DNA of 64,000 bases from Clostridia bacterium (GCA_050951325.1 JBMNIW010000006.1:64001-128000); one strand, 5' to 3'. Positions 49,517-60,223 are shown, counted from the first letter of the stretch. Made by a program: numbers and translations. The notes: generated by a model from the sequence alone, not told the origin.

Positions 49517-50611
49517 ATGATAACTCCAAACGAAAAAATATTGAGTCAGTTTGCTTTTAGTGGCAAGCACATAAGCACAGAGCCAATAATTGCAGGTCAC
49601 ATCAATAATACTTTTCTAGTTACATACGACAAGGCAAAGTATACGCTGCAGCGCATCAACACAAATGTTTTCAAGGATCCGTACAAACTAATGAGCAACA
49701 TTCAAGGGATAACCAAACACATATACAACAAAATGAAATCATTAGGCAATGATCCGGAAAGAGCAACTTTAAGGGTTGTGGAAACCATTAATGGACAACC
49801 TTTGTTCAAGGACGAAGATGGCCATTTCTGGAGAGCCTATTATTATATTGACGATGCGAAAGCTTATGACATTGTTGAAAACCCGAGTCTTTTCTATGAA
49901 GCAGGAGTTATACTTGGAAAATTCCAAAAACTTTTGGAAGACTATCCTATTGATTTACTTCATGAGACAATACCTGATTTTCACAACACTCCAAAAAGGT
50001 TTGAGAATTTTGTAAAAGCCCTTGAGCAAAACGCATCACGCAGAGCCCATGAATGCAAGGAAGAAATAGAATTTGTTCTTTCCAGGGAAAAATACTGCCC
50101 AATTATTGTTAATCTGATGAATGAGGGAAGAATACCAAAAAGAGTTACACACAATGACACAAAACTGAACAATGTCCTTATCGACAACAAGACAAACAAG
50201 GCAATCTGTATTGTCGACCTGGACACCGTAATGCCCGGCTCTGCACTTTACGACTTTGGAGACAGTATACGATTTGGAGCAAGTTCAGCCCTTGAAGACG
50301 AAAAGGACCTTGACAAGGTATATATGGTAACTGAATTGTTCGAAGCGTATGCAGATGGCTACCTGAGCCAGGTCAAATCATCCCTTACAAAGGACGAAAT
50401 TGACAACCTTGCCATGTCCGCCATAATTATTACTTTGGAAATAGGAATGCGCTTTTTGACTGACCATTTGGACGGAGATGTTTACTTCCAGATTCACAGG
50501 GAAAACCACAACCTCGACAGAGCAAGAACCCAGTTTAAACTGGTGGAAGACATGGAATCAAAATACGATGAAATGGTGGAGATTATAAATAGAACAGCGA
50601 GCAAGTATTAG
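49517..50611 (+). CDS. N-acetylhexosamine 1-kinase-like APH-family phosphotransferase
   Basis: GHINNT, LQRIN, ETIPDFHNT, HNDTKLNN, DLDTVMPG, RFLTDHLDGDVYF, NLDRARTQ. Confidence 0.85.
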   Translation: MITPNEKILSQFAFSGKHISTEPIIAGHINNTFLVTYDKAKYTLQRINTNVFKDPYKLMSNIQGITKHIYNKMKSLGNDPERATLRVVETINGQPLFKDEDGHFWRAYYYIDDAKAYDIVENPSLFYEAGVILGKFQKLLEDYPIDLLHETIPDFHNTPKRFENFVKALEQNASRRAHECKEEIEFVLSREKYCPIIVNLMNEGRIPKRVTHNDTKLNNVLIDNKTNKAICIVDLDTVMPGSALYDFGDSIRFGASSALEDEKDLDKVYMVTELFEAYADGYLSQVKSSLTKDEIDNLAMSAIIITLEIGMRFLTDHLDGDVYFQIHRENHNLDRARTQFKLVEDMESKYDEMVEIINRTASKY

Positions 50612-50640
50612 AAAGCCGTTGCATAATGCAACGGCTTTCT
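50611..50640. terminator. bidirectional intrinsic terminator
   Basis: gaaagccgttgca-taa-tgcaacggctttc between convergent genes. Confidence 0.88.
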
Positions 50641-50641
50641 T

Positions 50642-51400
50642 TTACACAATCACATCTATTCCCATTTCTCTTAAATACTTTTTTAAATCTATAATCTCAA
50701 TTTCTTTAAAATGGAACAGCGATGCAGCCAAAAGCCCTCTAGCTTTCCCTTCTTTTACAACCTCGTAAAAATGCTCCTTTTTACCAGCACCTCCGGAAGC
50801 AATAACGGGTATGCTTACATTTTCAGCTACTAGTCTTGTAAGTTCTACATCATATCCGTTTTTCGTTCCATCTCTATCCATACTTGTAAGGAGGATTTCT
50901 CCAGCGCCAAGCTCTTGCACTTTTTTCGCCCATTCAACCACATCAACACCGGTGTTTGTTTTTCCTCCGTTTATCATCGTATCGTAGCCTGAACCGTCTT
51001 CCCTTTTCCTGGCATCTATTGCAACAACAATGCACTGTTTACCAAACCTTTCAGCACACTCCCTGATTATGTCCGGATTCTTGAATGCAGCGGTGTTTAT
51101 TGCCACCTTGTCCGCACCCTGCCTGATAACCTCCTTTACATCCTCAACTGTACGGATGCCCCCACCTACGGTGAATGGTATGTCCACATTTTCAGAGACT
51201 TTTCTTACCATGTCCAAGTGAGTCTTTCTGTGCTCGGTGGTTGCAGTTATGTCGAGAAAAACAAGTTCGTCCGCACCAGCTTTTGAATACGCTCTACCTA
51301 CCAGTACAGGATCACCTGCATCAATCAGATTCTCAAAGTTTACTCCTTTTACTACTCTTCCCCTGTTAACATCAAGACAGGGTATCACTCTTACCTGCAT
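50642..51400 (-). CDS. hisF: imidazole glycerol phosphate synthase cyclase subunit
   Basis: [41 protein letters not shown]. Confidence 0.95.
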   Translation of the reverse strand: MQVRVIPCLDVNRGRVVKGVNFENLIDAGDPVLVGRAYSKAGADELVFLDITATTEHRKTHLDMVRKVSENVDIPFTVGGGIRTVEDVKEVIRQGADKVAINTAAFKNPDIIRECAERFGKQCIVVAIDARKREDGSGYDTMINGGKTNTGVDVVEWAKKVQELGAGEILLTSMDRDGTKNGYDVELTRLVAENVSIPVIASGGAGKKEHFYEVVKEGKARGLLAASLFHFKEIEIIDLKKYLREMGIDVIV

Positions 51401-51527
51401 GGGCTTTTAGCTCCTTTAAAAAAGTTTACCTGTTTAGTATAGCAAAGCGTTCATTTTTAGTAAAGAAGGTTTACAGAAGAAGAAAGATATAATATACTTT
51501 AATATAAGAAACATGGAGGGGTTGTTC

Positions 51528-52043
51528 ATGGCCAGAAAAAAGTTGAATGAAATAGAAATATACGAAAAGAAAAGAAAAATAAAGCTGATAATATTCCCTT
51601 TGTTGGTAATAATTATAACTCCAATGATAGTTTTTGCCGCTTCCCGCTTGACCACTCTATCTGAGCAGCTTAATGCCAAACTGCCTCACACTATGATAAT
51701 CTACAGGGCAAGGGACCAAAGAAGCCGGGAAGTGTTTGACCAAAACGCACTTAAAGACATCACCAGAAGAATCAATATGATGCCAAAAGAAAAGGTTTAC
51801 GATCAGAGAAATGTATACATAGATTACGAAAACGCATACTACCTTACACTTCAATTCGAAGATGATTACGGTTACGACTACACTGAGCAGTACCTAATTT
51901 CCGGTACATACATGAGCGTATCCAAGGATGGAGTTACAGAACTATATAAAATCAAATCAAAAGATGATGTAGACAAACTCATAAGTTCAATCAACACCGT
52001 TCTGAGGCCCAGAAGAAATCGTGGAGATTGGTCTCAAAACTAG
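51528..52043 (+). CDS. hypothetical single-TM protein
   Basis: GGAGG RBS; basic N-terminus followed by IIFPLLVIIITPMIVFAA. Confidence 0.7.
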   Translation: MARKKLNEIEIYEKKRKIKLIIFPLLVIIITPMIVFAASRLTTLSEQLNAKLPHTMIIYRARDQRSREVFDQNALKDITRRINMMPKEKVYDQRNVYIDYENAYYLTLQFEDDYGYDYTEQYLISGTYMSVSKDGVTELYKIKSKDDVDKLISSINTVLRPRRNRGDWSQN

Positions 52044-52104
52044 ATATTTTCTTTGATACAAGGTATAATAGATGTTAAATTTTATTTCAACAAGGAGAAT
52101 CAGT

Positions 52105-52584
52105 ATGCACAGAATTCTTGAACTTTTGGAAAATAACAGCAATCTGACCCCTGAAGACATAGCAGTCATGATTGACAAAACCCCTGATGAAGTAAGGGCA
52201 GCAATAAGTCAGTACGAGAAGGAAGGCGTCATTGTTGGCAAGAAAACCATTATCAACTGGCAGAAAGCTGACAAGGACCTTGTTACAGCTTTTATAGAAA
52301 TAAAATGCACACCGCAGTATGGAAGAGGTTTTGACCAGATTGCAGAACGCTTCTACCAGTATGAGCAGGTCAAATCCGTTTATTTAATGTCGGGTGCATA
52401 CGATCTTGCTCTGATTGTTGAAGGCAATTCACTTACCGAGGTTGCTTCCTTCGTATCAGGCAAACTTGCTCCCATGGACACCGTTATAAGTACATGCACC
52501 CACTTTGTACTCAAGAAGTACAAAGACAACGGAGTCATGCTTGAAACGCCCCCAAAAGATGAAAGACAGGTGATGGCGTTTTGA
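52105..52584 (+). CDS. Lrp/AsnC family regulator (AlaR/YugG-like)
   Basis: HTH plus VYLMSGAYDL, THFVLKKYK; coupled to an aminotransferase. Confidence 0.9.
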   Translation: MHRILELLENNSNLTPEDIAVMIDKTPDEVRAAISQYEKEGVIVGKKTIINWQKADKDLVTAFIEIKCTPQYGRGFDQIAERFYQYEQVKSVYLMSGAYDLALIVEGNSLTEVASFVSGKLAPMDTVISTCTHFVLKKYKDNGVMLETPPKDERQVMAF

Positions 52585-53756
52585 AACTCTCTCCAAAAGA
52601 TCAGATAAATTCAGTTGTTGCGAATTTGCCCCCATCAGGTATTCGCAAACTTTTTGATATTGCTTCAGGCATGGACGGTGTAATTTCCTTGGGAATAGGT
52701 GAACCAGACTTCATAACTCCCTGGCATATTCGCAATGCCGGTATCATGTCTTTGGAAAAAGGCAGAACCCAATACACCTCCAACGCCGGGCTTGTGGAAC
52801 TCAAGCAGGAAGTCGCAAACTATATGAAGAGGCGCTTTGGCCTATCATATGAACCAAACAACCAGGTTTTGATTACTGTTGGCGGCAGTGAGGCCATTGA
52901 CCTGGCAATACGTGCATTTGTGGAGCCAGGTGATGAGGTGCTGATTCCCATCCCCTGTTTTGTCTGCTATGATCCAATAACAAGACTTGCAGGAGGAGTC
53001 CCTGTCCTTTTGGAAACTAAAGCGGAGGACAACTTCAAACTCACTCCCGAGCTTCTTAAAAAGAACATCACAGACAAAACAAAAGCACTGATTCTGCCCT
53101 TTCCCAACAATCCCACAGGAGCAATAATGGATAAGGAAGACCTGGAGAAAATAGCAGAGGTTCTGCGCGATACGAATATAATGATAATATCGGATGAGAT
53201 TTATGCTGAACTTACTTACACTGACAAAAGGCATGTCTCCATTGCTGAAATAGATGGCATGTATGATAGAACCGTTGTAATAAACGGGTTTTCAAAAGCT
53301 TATGCCATGACAGGCTGGCGTCTGGGATTTGCCTGTGGACATCCTGATGTAATCGGACCTATGATAAAAATACACCAGTATGCTATAATGTGTGCTCCAA
53401 CTACAAGCCAGTATGCTGCAATAGAAGCTCTTAGGTTTGGAGACAAGGATATTGAAGACATGAAGACCGAGTACAATTACAGAAGAAAGCTCATTGTTAA
53501 CGGCTTCAACAAAATGGGACTTGACTGTTTTGAACCAATGGGTGCCTTCTACTGCTTTCCAAGCATAAAGAGAACAGGCCTTTCATCTGAAGAGTTCTGT
53601 GAAAAACTTCTTTTGGAAGAGAAGATTGCACTGGTTCCTGGAGTCGCTTTTGGAAAGAGCGGCGAAGGTCATTTAAGAGTTTCATACGCCTACTCCGTGG
53701 AACATATTAAAAAAGCTCTGGAAGGTGTGGAAAGATTTATATCTAAATATATATGA
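52581..53756 (+). CDS. aminotransferase class I/II (AlaT/YugH-like)
   Basis: PSGIRKLFD, GEPDF, PNNPTG, DEIY, GFSKAYAMTGWRLG. Confidence 0.92.
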   Translation: MKLSPKDQINSVVANLPPSGIRKLFDIASGMDGVISLGIGEPDFITPWHIRNAGIMSLEKGRTQYTSNAGLVELKQEVANYMKRRFGLSYEPNNQVLITVGGSEAIDLAIRAFVEPGDEVLIPIPCFVCYDPITRLAGGVPVLLETKAEDNFKLTPELLKKNITDKTKALILPFPNNPTGAIMDKEDLEKIAEVLRDTNIMIISDEIYAELTYTDKRHVSIAEIDGMYDRTVVINGFSKAYAMTGWRLGFACGHPDVIGPMIKIHQYAIMCAPTTSQYAAIEALRFGDKDIEDMKTEYNYRRKLIVNGFNKMGLDCFEPMGAFYCFPSIKRTGLSSEEFCEKLLLEEKIALVPGVAFGKSGEGHLRVSYAYSVEHIKKALEGVERFISKYI

Positions 53757-53769
53757 ATAGAATAAGACA

Positions 53770-53790
53770 GGGGCTCTCACGAGCCCCTTT
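53770..53790 (+). terminator. intrinsic terminator
   Basis: ggggctc-tcac-gagcccc-ttt. Confidence 0.75.
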
Positions 53791-53792
53791 AT

Positions 53793-54038
53793 TTATGATT
53801 TTCTCTTCTTAACCACAACCACCACTACTACACCTGATACCAAAAGAAAACCCCACTATATGGAGGTTGACACAGGAGATGTCTTGGGGGTTGGTGATGT
53901 CTTTGATGTAGATGACGGAGTCTTGGTAGGTGTAGGACTTGGTTGCCGTCTTATAATCTTAATGTAGTACATGGCAGAAGTCTTCATATCGGATGCAGTT
54001 ACTAATATTTCCGGTACAATAACATAGATTTGCTGCAA
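53793..54038 (-). pseudogene. remnant of a PT-linker, C-terminally anchored surface protein
   Basis: ...QPSPTPTKTP...STSI* continues in frame past TAG as WGFLLVSGVVVVVVVKKRKS*. Confidence 0.7.
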
Positions 54039-54070
54039 AAGCTATATGAAAAAAAGATGTCATAAAAAAA

Positions 54071-54101
54071 GTCACATTAGTCGATAATCGACTAATGTGA
54101 C
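54071..54101 (-). terminator. strong intrinsic terminator
   Basis: Perfect 14-bp stem gtcacattagtcga-taa-tcgactaatgtgac with a T run on the minus strand. Confidence 0.85.
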
Positions 54102-54115
54102 CTCTTCGTGATTTC

Positions 54116-55456
54116 TTATCCTTTTTTCTTTTTCATTACTACGGCTACTGCAGCACCTGCTACAACCAAAACAGCTACAACTACAATTATGATAACAACG
54201 CGTGTATTTGAACCGCCATCTTCTTTTTTATCCTCTTCAGTTTCAGTTGGATCTGGACTGTCTGTCTTATCTGGAGTTGGTGTTCTTTCAGGTGTAGGTG
54301 TTGGCTCTGGTGTAGGTGTTGGTTCAGGAAGTGATGATACATCAAAGTTTCTTGCAGCCTCCTCGGTTCCAAAGAACAGTATGTAGGCTATCTCAAAAAC
54401 ATATTCCTGATCGGCACTTGGAAGTATATCAAACCTGAAGGACAAAAGATCTCCCTTCCAGTGTTTGTTTGTTGAAAAGTCGATTATGACATCCTGCCAT
54501 TCGGTGGTATCCTCATAGCTGAATACTACCGAACCTCCGGGAGCGGGACCTTGGAATTCGGTTGTGTTAAAGAATATCTCTGCTGATCTTGGCGCACCTT
54601 CCGGTCTCTTGATACCAATTCTCATTATTGGATACTCCTCACAAGGAACAGGTTCCAATTCGTCTAACAGTAAGTGGAACTGAGGGTCTCCAATACCTGG
54701 TACTACCTGTACTATGAGTTTTCCATCCTCTATGTACAAATCCTCAATATCATGTTTATCTATCTCTGTAAAATAATACTCAGCATTCGGATCCGAAAAT
54801 CTCATAAGAGCACCTTTGAATGGCTCTGGATCAGTGTTGACTTCGCCAGTTTCAACCTTTACAGGTGTAAGATTACCATAAGGAACCTCTGGAGCTTCGC
54901 CCTTGAACTCAACGTACATTCTAGCCGAGAGGCCTTTGTTGTAATGACCGTCCTCAAAAAAGTTCTGGCCAGGATACGGCTTATGTGACCAAATACCTAC
55001 ACCAGGATTTATCGCACTTCCCGTTTCATCATACGCATCAGTTATCTCAATTACATATTCACCTGCTGCGAGAGGATCAGCCTCTGTAAATTCGAAGCCG
55101 AGATAGGAATTATCCTGATAATCTTCAAATGTATGCTTTATAATCGGATCTTTGGAGACACTAGTTGCATAGTCTGTGTCAAAAGCATACAAAGCCAGTG
55201 TTAGTTCTCCAATATCATTGTTCCAGCTTGGACAACCTATTCCTACATAAAGTGCATCAGCAGCCAGCGAAAATTGAATGCCGACTGTTTCATCCTCCTT
55301 GATGGAATATGCACTGTTTTCATCTCCCGAAAAATTCGGATCAATTTTTGAATCTTTTTGCGGAATTTCTTTTGGTGTTCCTTTGGCCTGTACCATTGTA
55401 ACTGCCAAAATGGAAACAACAATTAAAATAATTGCGACTACGAGTTTGGATTTCAT
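54116..55456 (-). CDS. surface protein with two beta-sandwich domains, PT linker and C-terminal TM anchor, paralog A
   Basis: Signal peptide (VQA), PEPTPTPEPT linker, TM plus KKKKG. Confidence 0.85.
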   Translation of the reverse strand: MKSKLVVAIILIVVSILAVTMVQAKGTPKEIPQKDSKIDPNFSGDENSAYSIKEDETVGIQFSLAADALYVGIGCPSWNNDIGELTLALYAFDTDYATSVSKDPIIKHTFEDYQDNSYLGFEFTEADPLAAGEYVIEITDAYDETGSAINPGVGIWSHKPYPGQNFFEDGHYNKGLSARMYVEFKGEAPEVPYGNLTPVKVETGEVNTDPEPFKGALMRFSDPNAEYYFTEIDKHDIEDLYIEDGKLIVQVVPGIGDPQFHLLLDELEPVPCEEYPIMRIGIKRPEGAPRSAEIFFNTTEFQGPAPGGSVVFSYEDTTEWQDVIIDFSTNKHWKGDLLSFRFDILPSADQEYVFEIAYILFFGTEEAARNFDVSSLPEPTPTPEPTPTPERTPTPDKTDSPDPTETEEDKKEDGGSNTRVVIIIVVVAVLVVAGAAVAVVMKKKKG

Positions 55457-55560
55457 AACATGCCTCCTTTTGTTGTTGGTGGTTATATTTTAACATATTC
55501 ATAACAAAATGCAAACAATAGCCTTTAAAAAAAACAATTATTCATCTAATAAAATATAAA

Positions 55561-55595
55561 AAAAGGAGCTGCAGCGAAAAGCTGAAGCCCCTTTG
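55561..55595 (-). terminator. probable intrinsic terminator
   Basis: Imperfect hairpin (cagc-gaaaa-gctg core) with a long T run on the minus strand. Confidence 0.55.
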
Positions 55596-55605
55596 ATTAA
55601 ATTTG

Positions 55606-56931
55606 TTAACTATTTTTCTTCTTGGCTATAAATACAACAGCAACGCCAGCAACTACGAGAACGGAAACACCAACGATAGCAATTATCATTCCTGTATTTT
55701 GTCCGCCTTCTTCCGTTTCTTTCTCTGTTTCAGTTGGAGAAGGACTCTCTGTCTTCTCTGGAGTTGGAGTTCTTTCAGGAGTTGCAGTTGGTTCTGGTGT
55801 TGGTGTTGGTTCAGGAAGCGTGCTAACATCAAAGTTTCTAGCAGCCTCTTCTGTACCAAAGAACAGAATATATGCAATTTCAAACAAGAATTCATCTTCT
55901 GAGCTTTGGAGAATGTCAAACCTGAATGACAAAAGATCTCCCTTCCAGTTTTTGTTTGAGGAAAAGTCAACTATGACATCCTGCCACTCGGTGGTATCCT
56001 GGTAGTTGAAAGTAACAGAACCACCTGCAGCAGGTCCTCCAAACTCTGTGGTATTGAAGAATATCTCCGCACCTGTAGGAGCACCCTCAGGCTTCTTCAG
56101 ACCAATTCTCATAATTGGATACTGGTCGCAAGGTACCATTTCCAACATATCGCTAACAAGTATATTGAACTGTGGGTCGTGGCTAGGCATGACCTGAACA
56201 AACAGCTTGCCGTCTTCAATATACATGTCACCTATGCCAAATTTGTCCTGCTCGGTGTAATAGAATTCTGCACTTGGATCAGAGAATCTCATGAGAGCTC
56301 CCTCAAAAGGATTGGGATCAGTATTTACTTCACCATTATCACTCTTTACAGGTGTCAGGTTGCCATATGGAACCTCTGGAGTTCCACCTTTGAACTCGAC
56401 GTACATTCTTGCGGACAAACCTTTATTGTAGACACCGTCTTCATAAAAGAACTGACCAGGATACGTCTTGTGGGACCAGAGTCCTACACCTGAGCCGCTT
56501 TCATCAAACGCATCACTTAATTCAATTACATATTCACCTGCTTTAAGGGGAGCAGCTTCAGTAAACTCAAAACCAATATATGAGTTATCCTGATAGTCCA
56601 CAAATGTATGCTTCACTATTGGATCCTTGGAAACACTGGTAGCATAGTCAGTATCAAAAGCATACAAGGATACTGTAAGTTCTCCAATATCATTACTCCA
56701 GCTAGGACAGCCTACACCTACATAGAGGGCATCTGCCGCTAATGAGAATTGTATTCCAACAGTTTCTCCCTCATTAAGGGGGTATGCACTGTTGTTTTCA
56801 CCTGAAAAGTTAGGTTCTAGTTCTGAATCCTTTGTTACAATTTCTTTAGGCGTCCCACTAGCGCTTACCATGGTAACTGCCATTATTGACGCAATAATAA
56901 AAGCTATTATTACTATAAGTTTTGATTTCAT
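55606..56931 (-). CDS. surface protein, paralog B
   Basis: Start moved to MKSKLI (AGGAGG RBS); long identical blocks with paralog A (ETVGIQFSLAADALYVG, YNKGLSARMYVEFKG, WKGDLLSFRFDIL). Confidence 0.85.
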   Translation of the reverse strand: MKSKLIVIIAFIIASIMAVTMVSASGTPKEIVTKDSELEPNFSGENNSAYPLNEGETVGIQFSLAADALYVGVGCPSWSNDIGELTVSLYAFDTDYATSVSKDPIVKHTFVDYQDNSYIGFEFTEAAPLKAGEYVIELSDAFDESGSGVGLWSHKTYPGQFFYEDGVYNKGLSARMYVEFKGGTPEVPYGNLTPVKSDNGEVNTDPNPFEGALMRFSDPSAEFYYTEQDKFGIGDMYIEDGKLFVQVMPSHDPQFNILVSDMLEMVPCDQYPIMRIGLKKPEGAPTGAEIFFNTTEFGGPAAGGSVTFNYQDTTEWQDVIVDFSSNKNWKGDLLSFRFDILQSSEDEFLFEIAYILFFGTEEAARNFDVSTLPEPTPTPEPTATPERTPTPEKTESPSPTETEKETEEGGQNTGMIIAIVGVSVLVVAGVAVVFIAKKKNS

Positions 56932-56951
56932 ATACAGCCTCCTATAATTTC

Positions 56952-56990
56952 GTTTGCAGTATATTTTAACATACTGCAAACAAAACGCAA
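56952..56990 (-). promoter_or_regulatory. extended -10 promoter enclosed in an 11-bp perfect inverted repeat
   Basis: Minus strand TTGCGT-N16-TAAAAT with TG; gtttgcagtat-N8-atactgcaaac at 56952..56981. Confidence 0.6.
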
Positions 56991-57058
56991 CAGGTTAATC
57001 ACTAGTTCACAATTGAATCAAAATATAGTACAAAAAGTTCCGAATTTAGTACAATCCA

Positions 57059-57811
57059 TTAATCCTGTTTCTTTTTCCTTAACATAACTAAAACAATAAC
57101 TATTGCAGCAATTACCACAACTCCAACTATTGAGGCAACTATAATCGGTGTTATATTGGATGATTCGCCCTTTGTACTTTCTTCTGCCGTTTTTGTTGGA
57201 ACTGGTGTATCGGTAGGATCCGGAGTTGGCGAAGGTTCTTCCGTAGGTTCCGGTGTAGGCGGTACGTATGAGGAGTCGGAAAAGATTATTTCCGTAATCG
57301 CAACGCCGTCCTGCCTGTCGCCAATTTTGGCCATGGTAAGTGCAAGGTAGACAACCCCATTGTAATCTGTATCAAGTTCCATCACCACTTCATTATCAGC
57401 TACCGCCCAATTACCGTATGGATTCTCCAGATTCACCTGTGCAATTATCTCCACATCTTCTATGGGATTATACGCACCGTCTGTGGTGGGACCGTTTTTG
57501 GTAAGAGCAAACCAAGCGCTCTTTTCGTCATCGTAGAACTGGGCTCCCTGGTCTGCCCCATAACGAATAGTCACTGTATCATATTTACTCAGATCAATTT
57601 CACCAAGACAATGATAATCTCCAATATTGCCCATCTGTAGAACATAGTCATTATACCCAGCTGCAGTGAAGATATGTACGTTGCCCTTGCCCTCCTGTTC
57701 CTGCAAGGCTTCAATGTCAAGCTCCAACGGAGGATTTGCAGCAAATACATTTGCAACCAACAGAAGCATGCATACAGTTAGTATTACTGTGAAAAACCCA
57801 GCTTTTCTCAT
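57059..57811 (-). CDS. CBM-like surface protein with PT linker and C-terminal TM anchor
   Basis: Signal peptide VFA; GDYHCLGEIDLSKYDTVTIRY resembles CBM6/35-type folds; TM plus RKKK. Confidence 0.75.
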   Translation of the reverse strand: MRKAGFFTVILTVCMLLLVANVFAANPPLELDIEALQEQEGKGNVHIFTAAGYNDYVLQMGNIGDYHCLGEIDLSKYDTVTIRYGADQGAQFYDDEKSAWFALTKNGPTTDGAYNPIEDVEIIAQVNLENPYGNWAVADNEVVMELDTDYNGVVYLALTMAKIGDRQDGVAITEIIFSDSSYVPPTPEPTEEPSPTPDPTDTPVPTKTAEESTKGESSNITPIIVASIVGVVVIAAIVIVLVMLRKKKQD

Positions 57812-57922
57812 ATATATCACCCTTCCATATATTTATATTTTAATTTTAATATTTTCTATGCTATTGTCAAACAATATATTAATATTGGTAAAAATACTTC
57901 ATTGATTTAACACATTAATGTA

Positions 57923-57951
57923 TTGCAATGATATATAGAAGAATATATAAT
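57923..57951 (+). promoter_or_regulatory. sigmaA-type promoter of the amino-acid ABC operon
   Basis: TTGCAA-N17-TATAAT. Confidence 0.7.
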
Positions 57952-58000
57952 GTATTTTTGTATACTACATATACATTAATCAAAGAAGTAAGGAGAGTTC

Positions 58001-58804
58001 ATGATCATGAAAAGAACAATAATAGTTTTGTTAATGGCCGTTATAATGGTGCTGTCTTTATTCTCAGGATGTACAAAGAATGATGAGAATACACTATTGG
58101 TTGCAACAAATGCGGAATTTGCACCATGGGAGTTTCTCGAAGATGGCGAAATAGTTGGCTTTGATGCTGATTTGATCAAACTGGTTGCTGAAAAGATGGG
58201 CATGAAGATCAAATTCGAAAACATGGAATTTGACAGCGTACTGGTTTCAATTGCTTCAGGTAGTTGCGATGCAGCTATCGCAGGCCTTACTATCAACGAT
58301 AACAGAAAGAAATCTGTTGACTTTTCCACCCCATATTACATAGGAGCATCCCAGATTCTGATTGTAAGGGAAGATGACGATGTATTCACTGGCACAACCA
58401 AGGAAGAGCTTGACGAACAGCTGAAGAATAAAACCATAGGTGTTTGTATTGCATTTACTGGCGAAGCATATGCCAAGGGAGATGACGAATGGGGCTTTAA
58501 AGGCATCGAAGGAGCCGATGTCAAGGTATATGACAATGCAAGCACTGCCGCAGAGGATCTCAAAAACGGTACCCTTGATACAATCATTATGGACGACACA
58601 GTTGCATACAAACTTGTGGATACAGAAAGTTTTAAGGGAGTTCTGAGGGTTGTTGACATTCCTCTCACAACAGAAGCTTACGGGATAGCTGTAAAGAAAG
58701 GCAACAAAGAATTACTGGAGAAGATAGACAAGGCTTTGAAGGAACTTGAAGAAGAAGGAAAAATCAAGGAATTGTTTGAAAAGTGGAATATAGATCAAGA
58801 ATAA
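58001..58804 (+). CDS. polar amino-acid ABC transporter substrate-binding lipoprotein
   Basis: Lipobox FSGC; TNAEFAPWEF, GFDADL, VDFSTPY, YGIAVKKG. Confidence 0.92.
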   Translation: MIMKRTIIVLLMAVIMVLSLFSGCTKNDENTLLVATNAEFAPWEFLEDGEIVGFDADLIKLVAEKMGMKIKFENMEFDSVLVSIASGSCDAAIAGLTINDNRKKSVDFSTPYYIGASQILIVREDDDVFTGTTKEELDEQLKNKTIGVCIAFTGEAYAKGDDEWGFKGIEGADVKVYDNASTAAEDLKNGTLDTIIMDDTVAYKLVDTESFKGVLRVVDIPLTTEAYGIAVKKGNKELLEKIDKALKELEEEGKIKELFEKWNIDQE

Positions 58805-58815
58805 AGGATATTTAA

Positions 58816-59514
58816 ATGTTTGACGATTTTTGGGGAAAGTTTCACAGGATATTTATAGTACAAGAAGGATACAAGGACATACTTGCAGGACTCGAGAATA
58901 CCATAATCATTGCTCTGGGAGCTTTGATTTTAGGTATATTGCTCGGAGTCATAACTGCTACGATAAAGATTCTTCCTAAAAAAGGTGTGTTAAAACGCAC
59001 TCTACATCTAATTACAGATTTATACATAACCGTTATACGCGGCACTCCCGTAGTGGTGCAGCTCCTTATAGCCTATTTCGGCATTTTTGCAAAACATAGA
59101 ACAATCGACGCTATCACAGTAGCCATATTGGTTTTTGGTATTAATAGCGGTGCATATGTAGCGGAAATAGTGAGAGCTGGAATTCTTGCCGTAGACAAGG
59201 GACAAATGGAAGCAGGAAGGTCTTTGGGACTATCTTTTGGAACAACCATGTCAAAGATAATCCTTCCGCAAGCTATTAAGAACATCATTCCAGCATTGGG
59301 CAACGAATTCATTACACTGATTAAGGAGACATCGGTAGCAGGCTTTATAACAGTTACTGATGTAACCCGTGCAGCTAGAAGTCTTGCCGGCAAGCACTAT
59401 GAGGCTGGTGTCATATACCTGGTTCTTGCGGTTGCATACCTGGTGCTCGTGCTTGCTGCCACTGCCCTTGTCAACTTTATAGAAAAGGAGCTGAGGAAAA
59501 GTGATACGCGTTAA
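58816..59514 (+). CDS. polar amino-acid ABC transporter permease
   Basis: [36 protein letters not shown]. Confidence 0.93.
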   Translation: MFDDFWGKFHRIFIVQEGYKDILAGLENTIIIALGALILGILLGVITATIKILPKKGVLKRTLHLITDLYITVIRGTPVVVQLLIAYFGIFAKHRTIDAITVAILVFGINSGAYVAEIVRAGILAVDKGQMEAGRSLGLSFGTTMSKIILPQAIKNIIPALGNEFITLIKETSVAGFITVTDVTRAARSLAGKHYEAGVIYLVLAVAYLVLVLAATALVNFIEKELRKSDTR

Positions 59515-60223
59515 TAACATACACAAGTCCTTTGGTGATTTGAAGGTACTCAAGGGAATAAACTACCACATAAAAAAAGGCGAAAAGATTGTGGTTGTTG
59601 GTCCTTCAGGTTCAGGCAAAAGCACCTTCTTAAGGTGCCTTAATCTATTGGAGGTTCCTGAAGAAGGAGAAATATTCTTTAAAGGTGAGAAAGTCAACTG
59701 TCCTGAATGCAATATTAATGAACTGAGAAGAAATATTGGGATGGTGTTTCAACAATTCAATTTGTTTCCACACCTTACAGTACTTGAAAACATTACCCTG
59801 GCTCCTGTTACCCTCAAGTTACAAAGCAAGAGCGATGCTGAAGAGAAAGCAAAAAACCTTCTTAAAAGAGTCGGCCTTCTTGACAAGGCCAAAGCATATC
59901 CCAATCAGTTATCCGGTGGGCAGAAACAAAGAATAGCAATAGTTAGAGCCTTGGCAATGAATCCAAGCGTCATGCTTTTTGATGAGCCAACCAGTGCACT
60001 GGACCCTGAGATGGTGGGTGAAGTTCTAGATGTTATGAAACAGCTTGCCGAAGAAGGATTAACCATGTTTGTTGTAACTCACGAAATGGGGTTCGCAAGA
60101 GAAGTTGCTACAAAGGTTCTGTTCATGGACGAAGGTATGATTCTTGAAGAAGCAAGTCCTGATGAGTTTTTCTCAAACCCGCAGCATCCAAGATTAAAAG
60201 AATTCTTATCGAAAGTATTGTAA
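59501..60223 (+). CDS. polar amino-acid ABC transporter ATPase (GlnQ family)
   Basis: [27 protein letters not shown]. Confidence 0.95.
   Translation: MIRVNNIHKSFGDLKVLKGINYHIKKGEKIVVVGPSGSGKSTFLRCLNLLEVPEEGEIFFKGEKVNCPECNINELRRNIGMVFQQFNLFPHLTVLENITLAPVTLKLQSKSDAEEKAKNLLKRVGLLDKAKAYPNQLSGGQKQRIAIVRALAMNPSVMLFDEPTSALDPEMVGEVLDVMKQLAEEGLTMFVVTHEMGFAREVATKVLFMDEGMILEEASPDEFFSNPQHPRLKEFLSKVL

Noticed and set aside
53856-53858. In-frame TAG as programmed readthrough or pyrrolysine
   Set aside because: The surrounding ORF has no signal peptide, RBS or full domain; gene decay is the simpler explanation, and no pyl genes are in the window.
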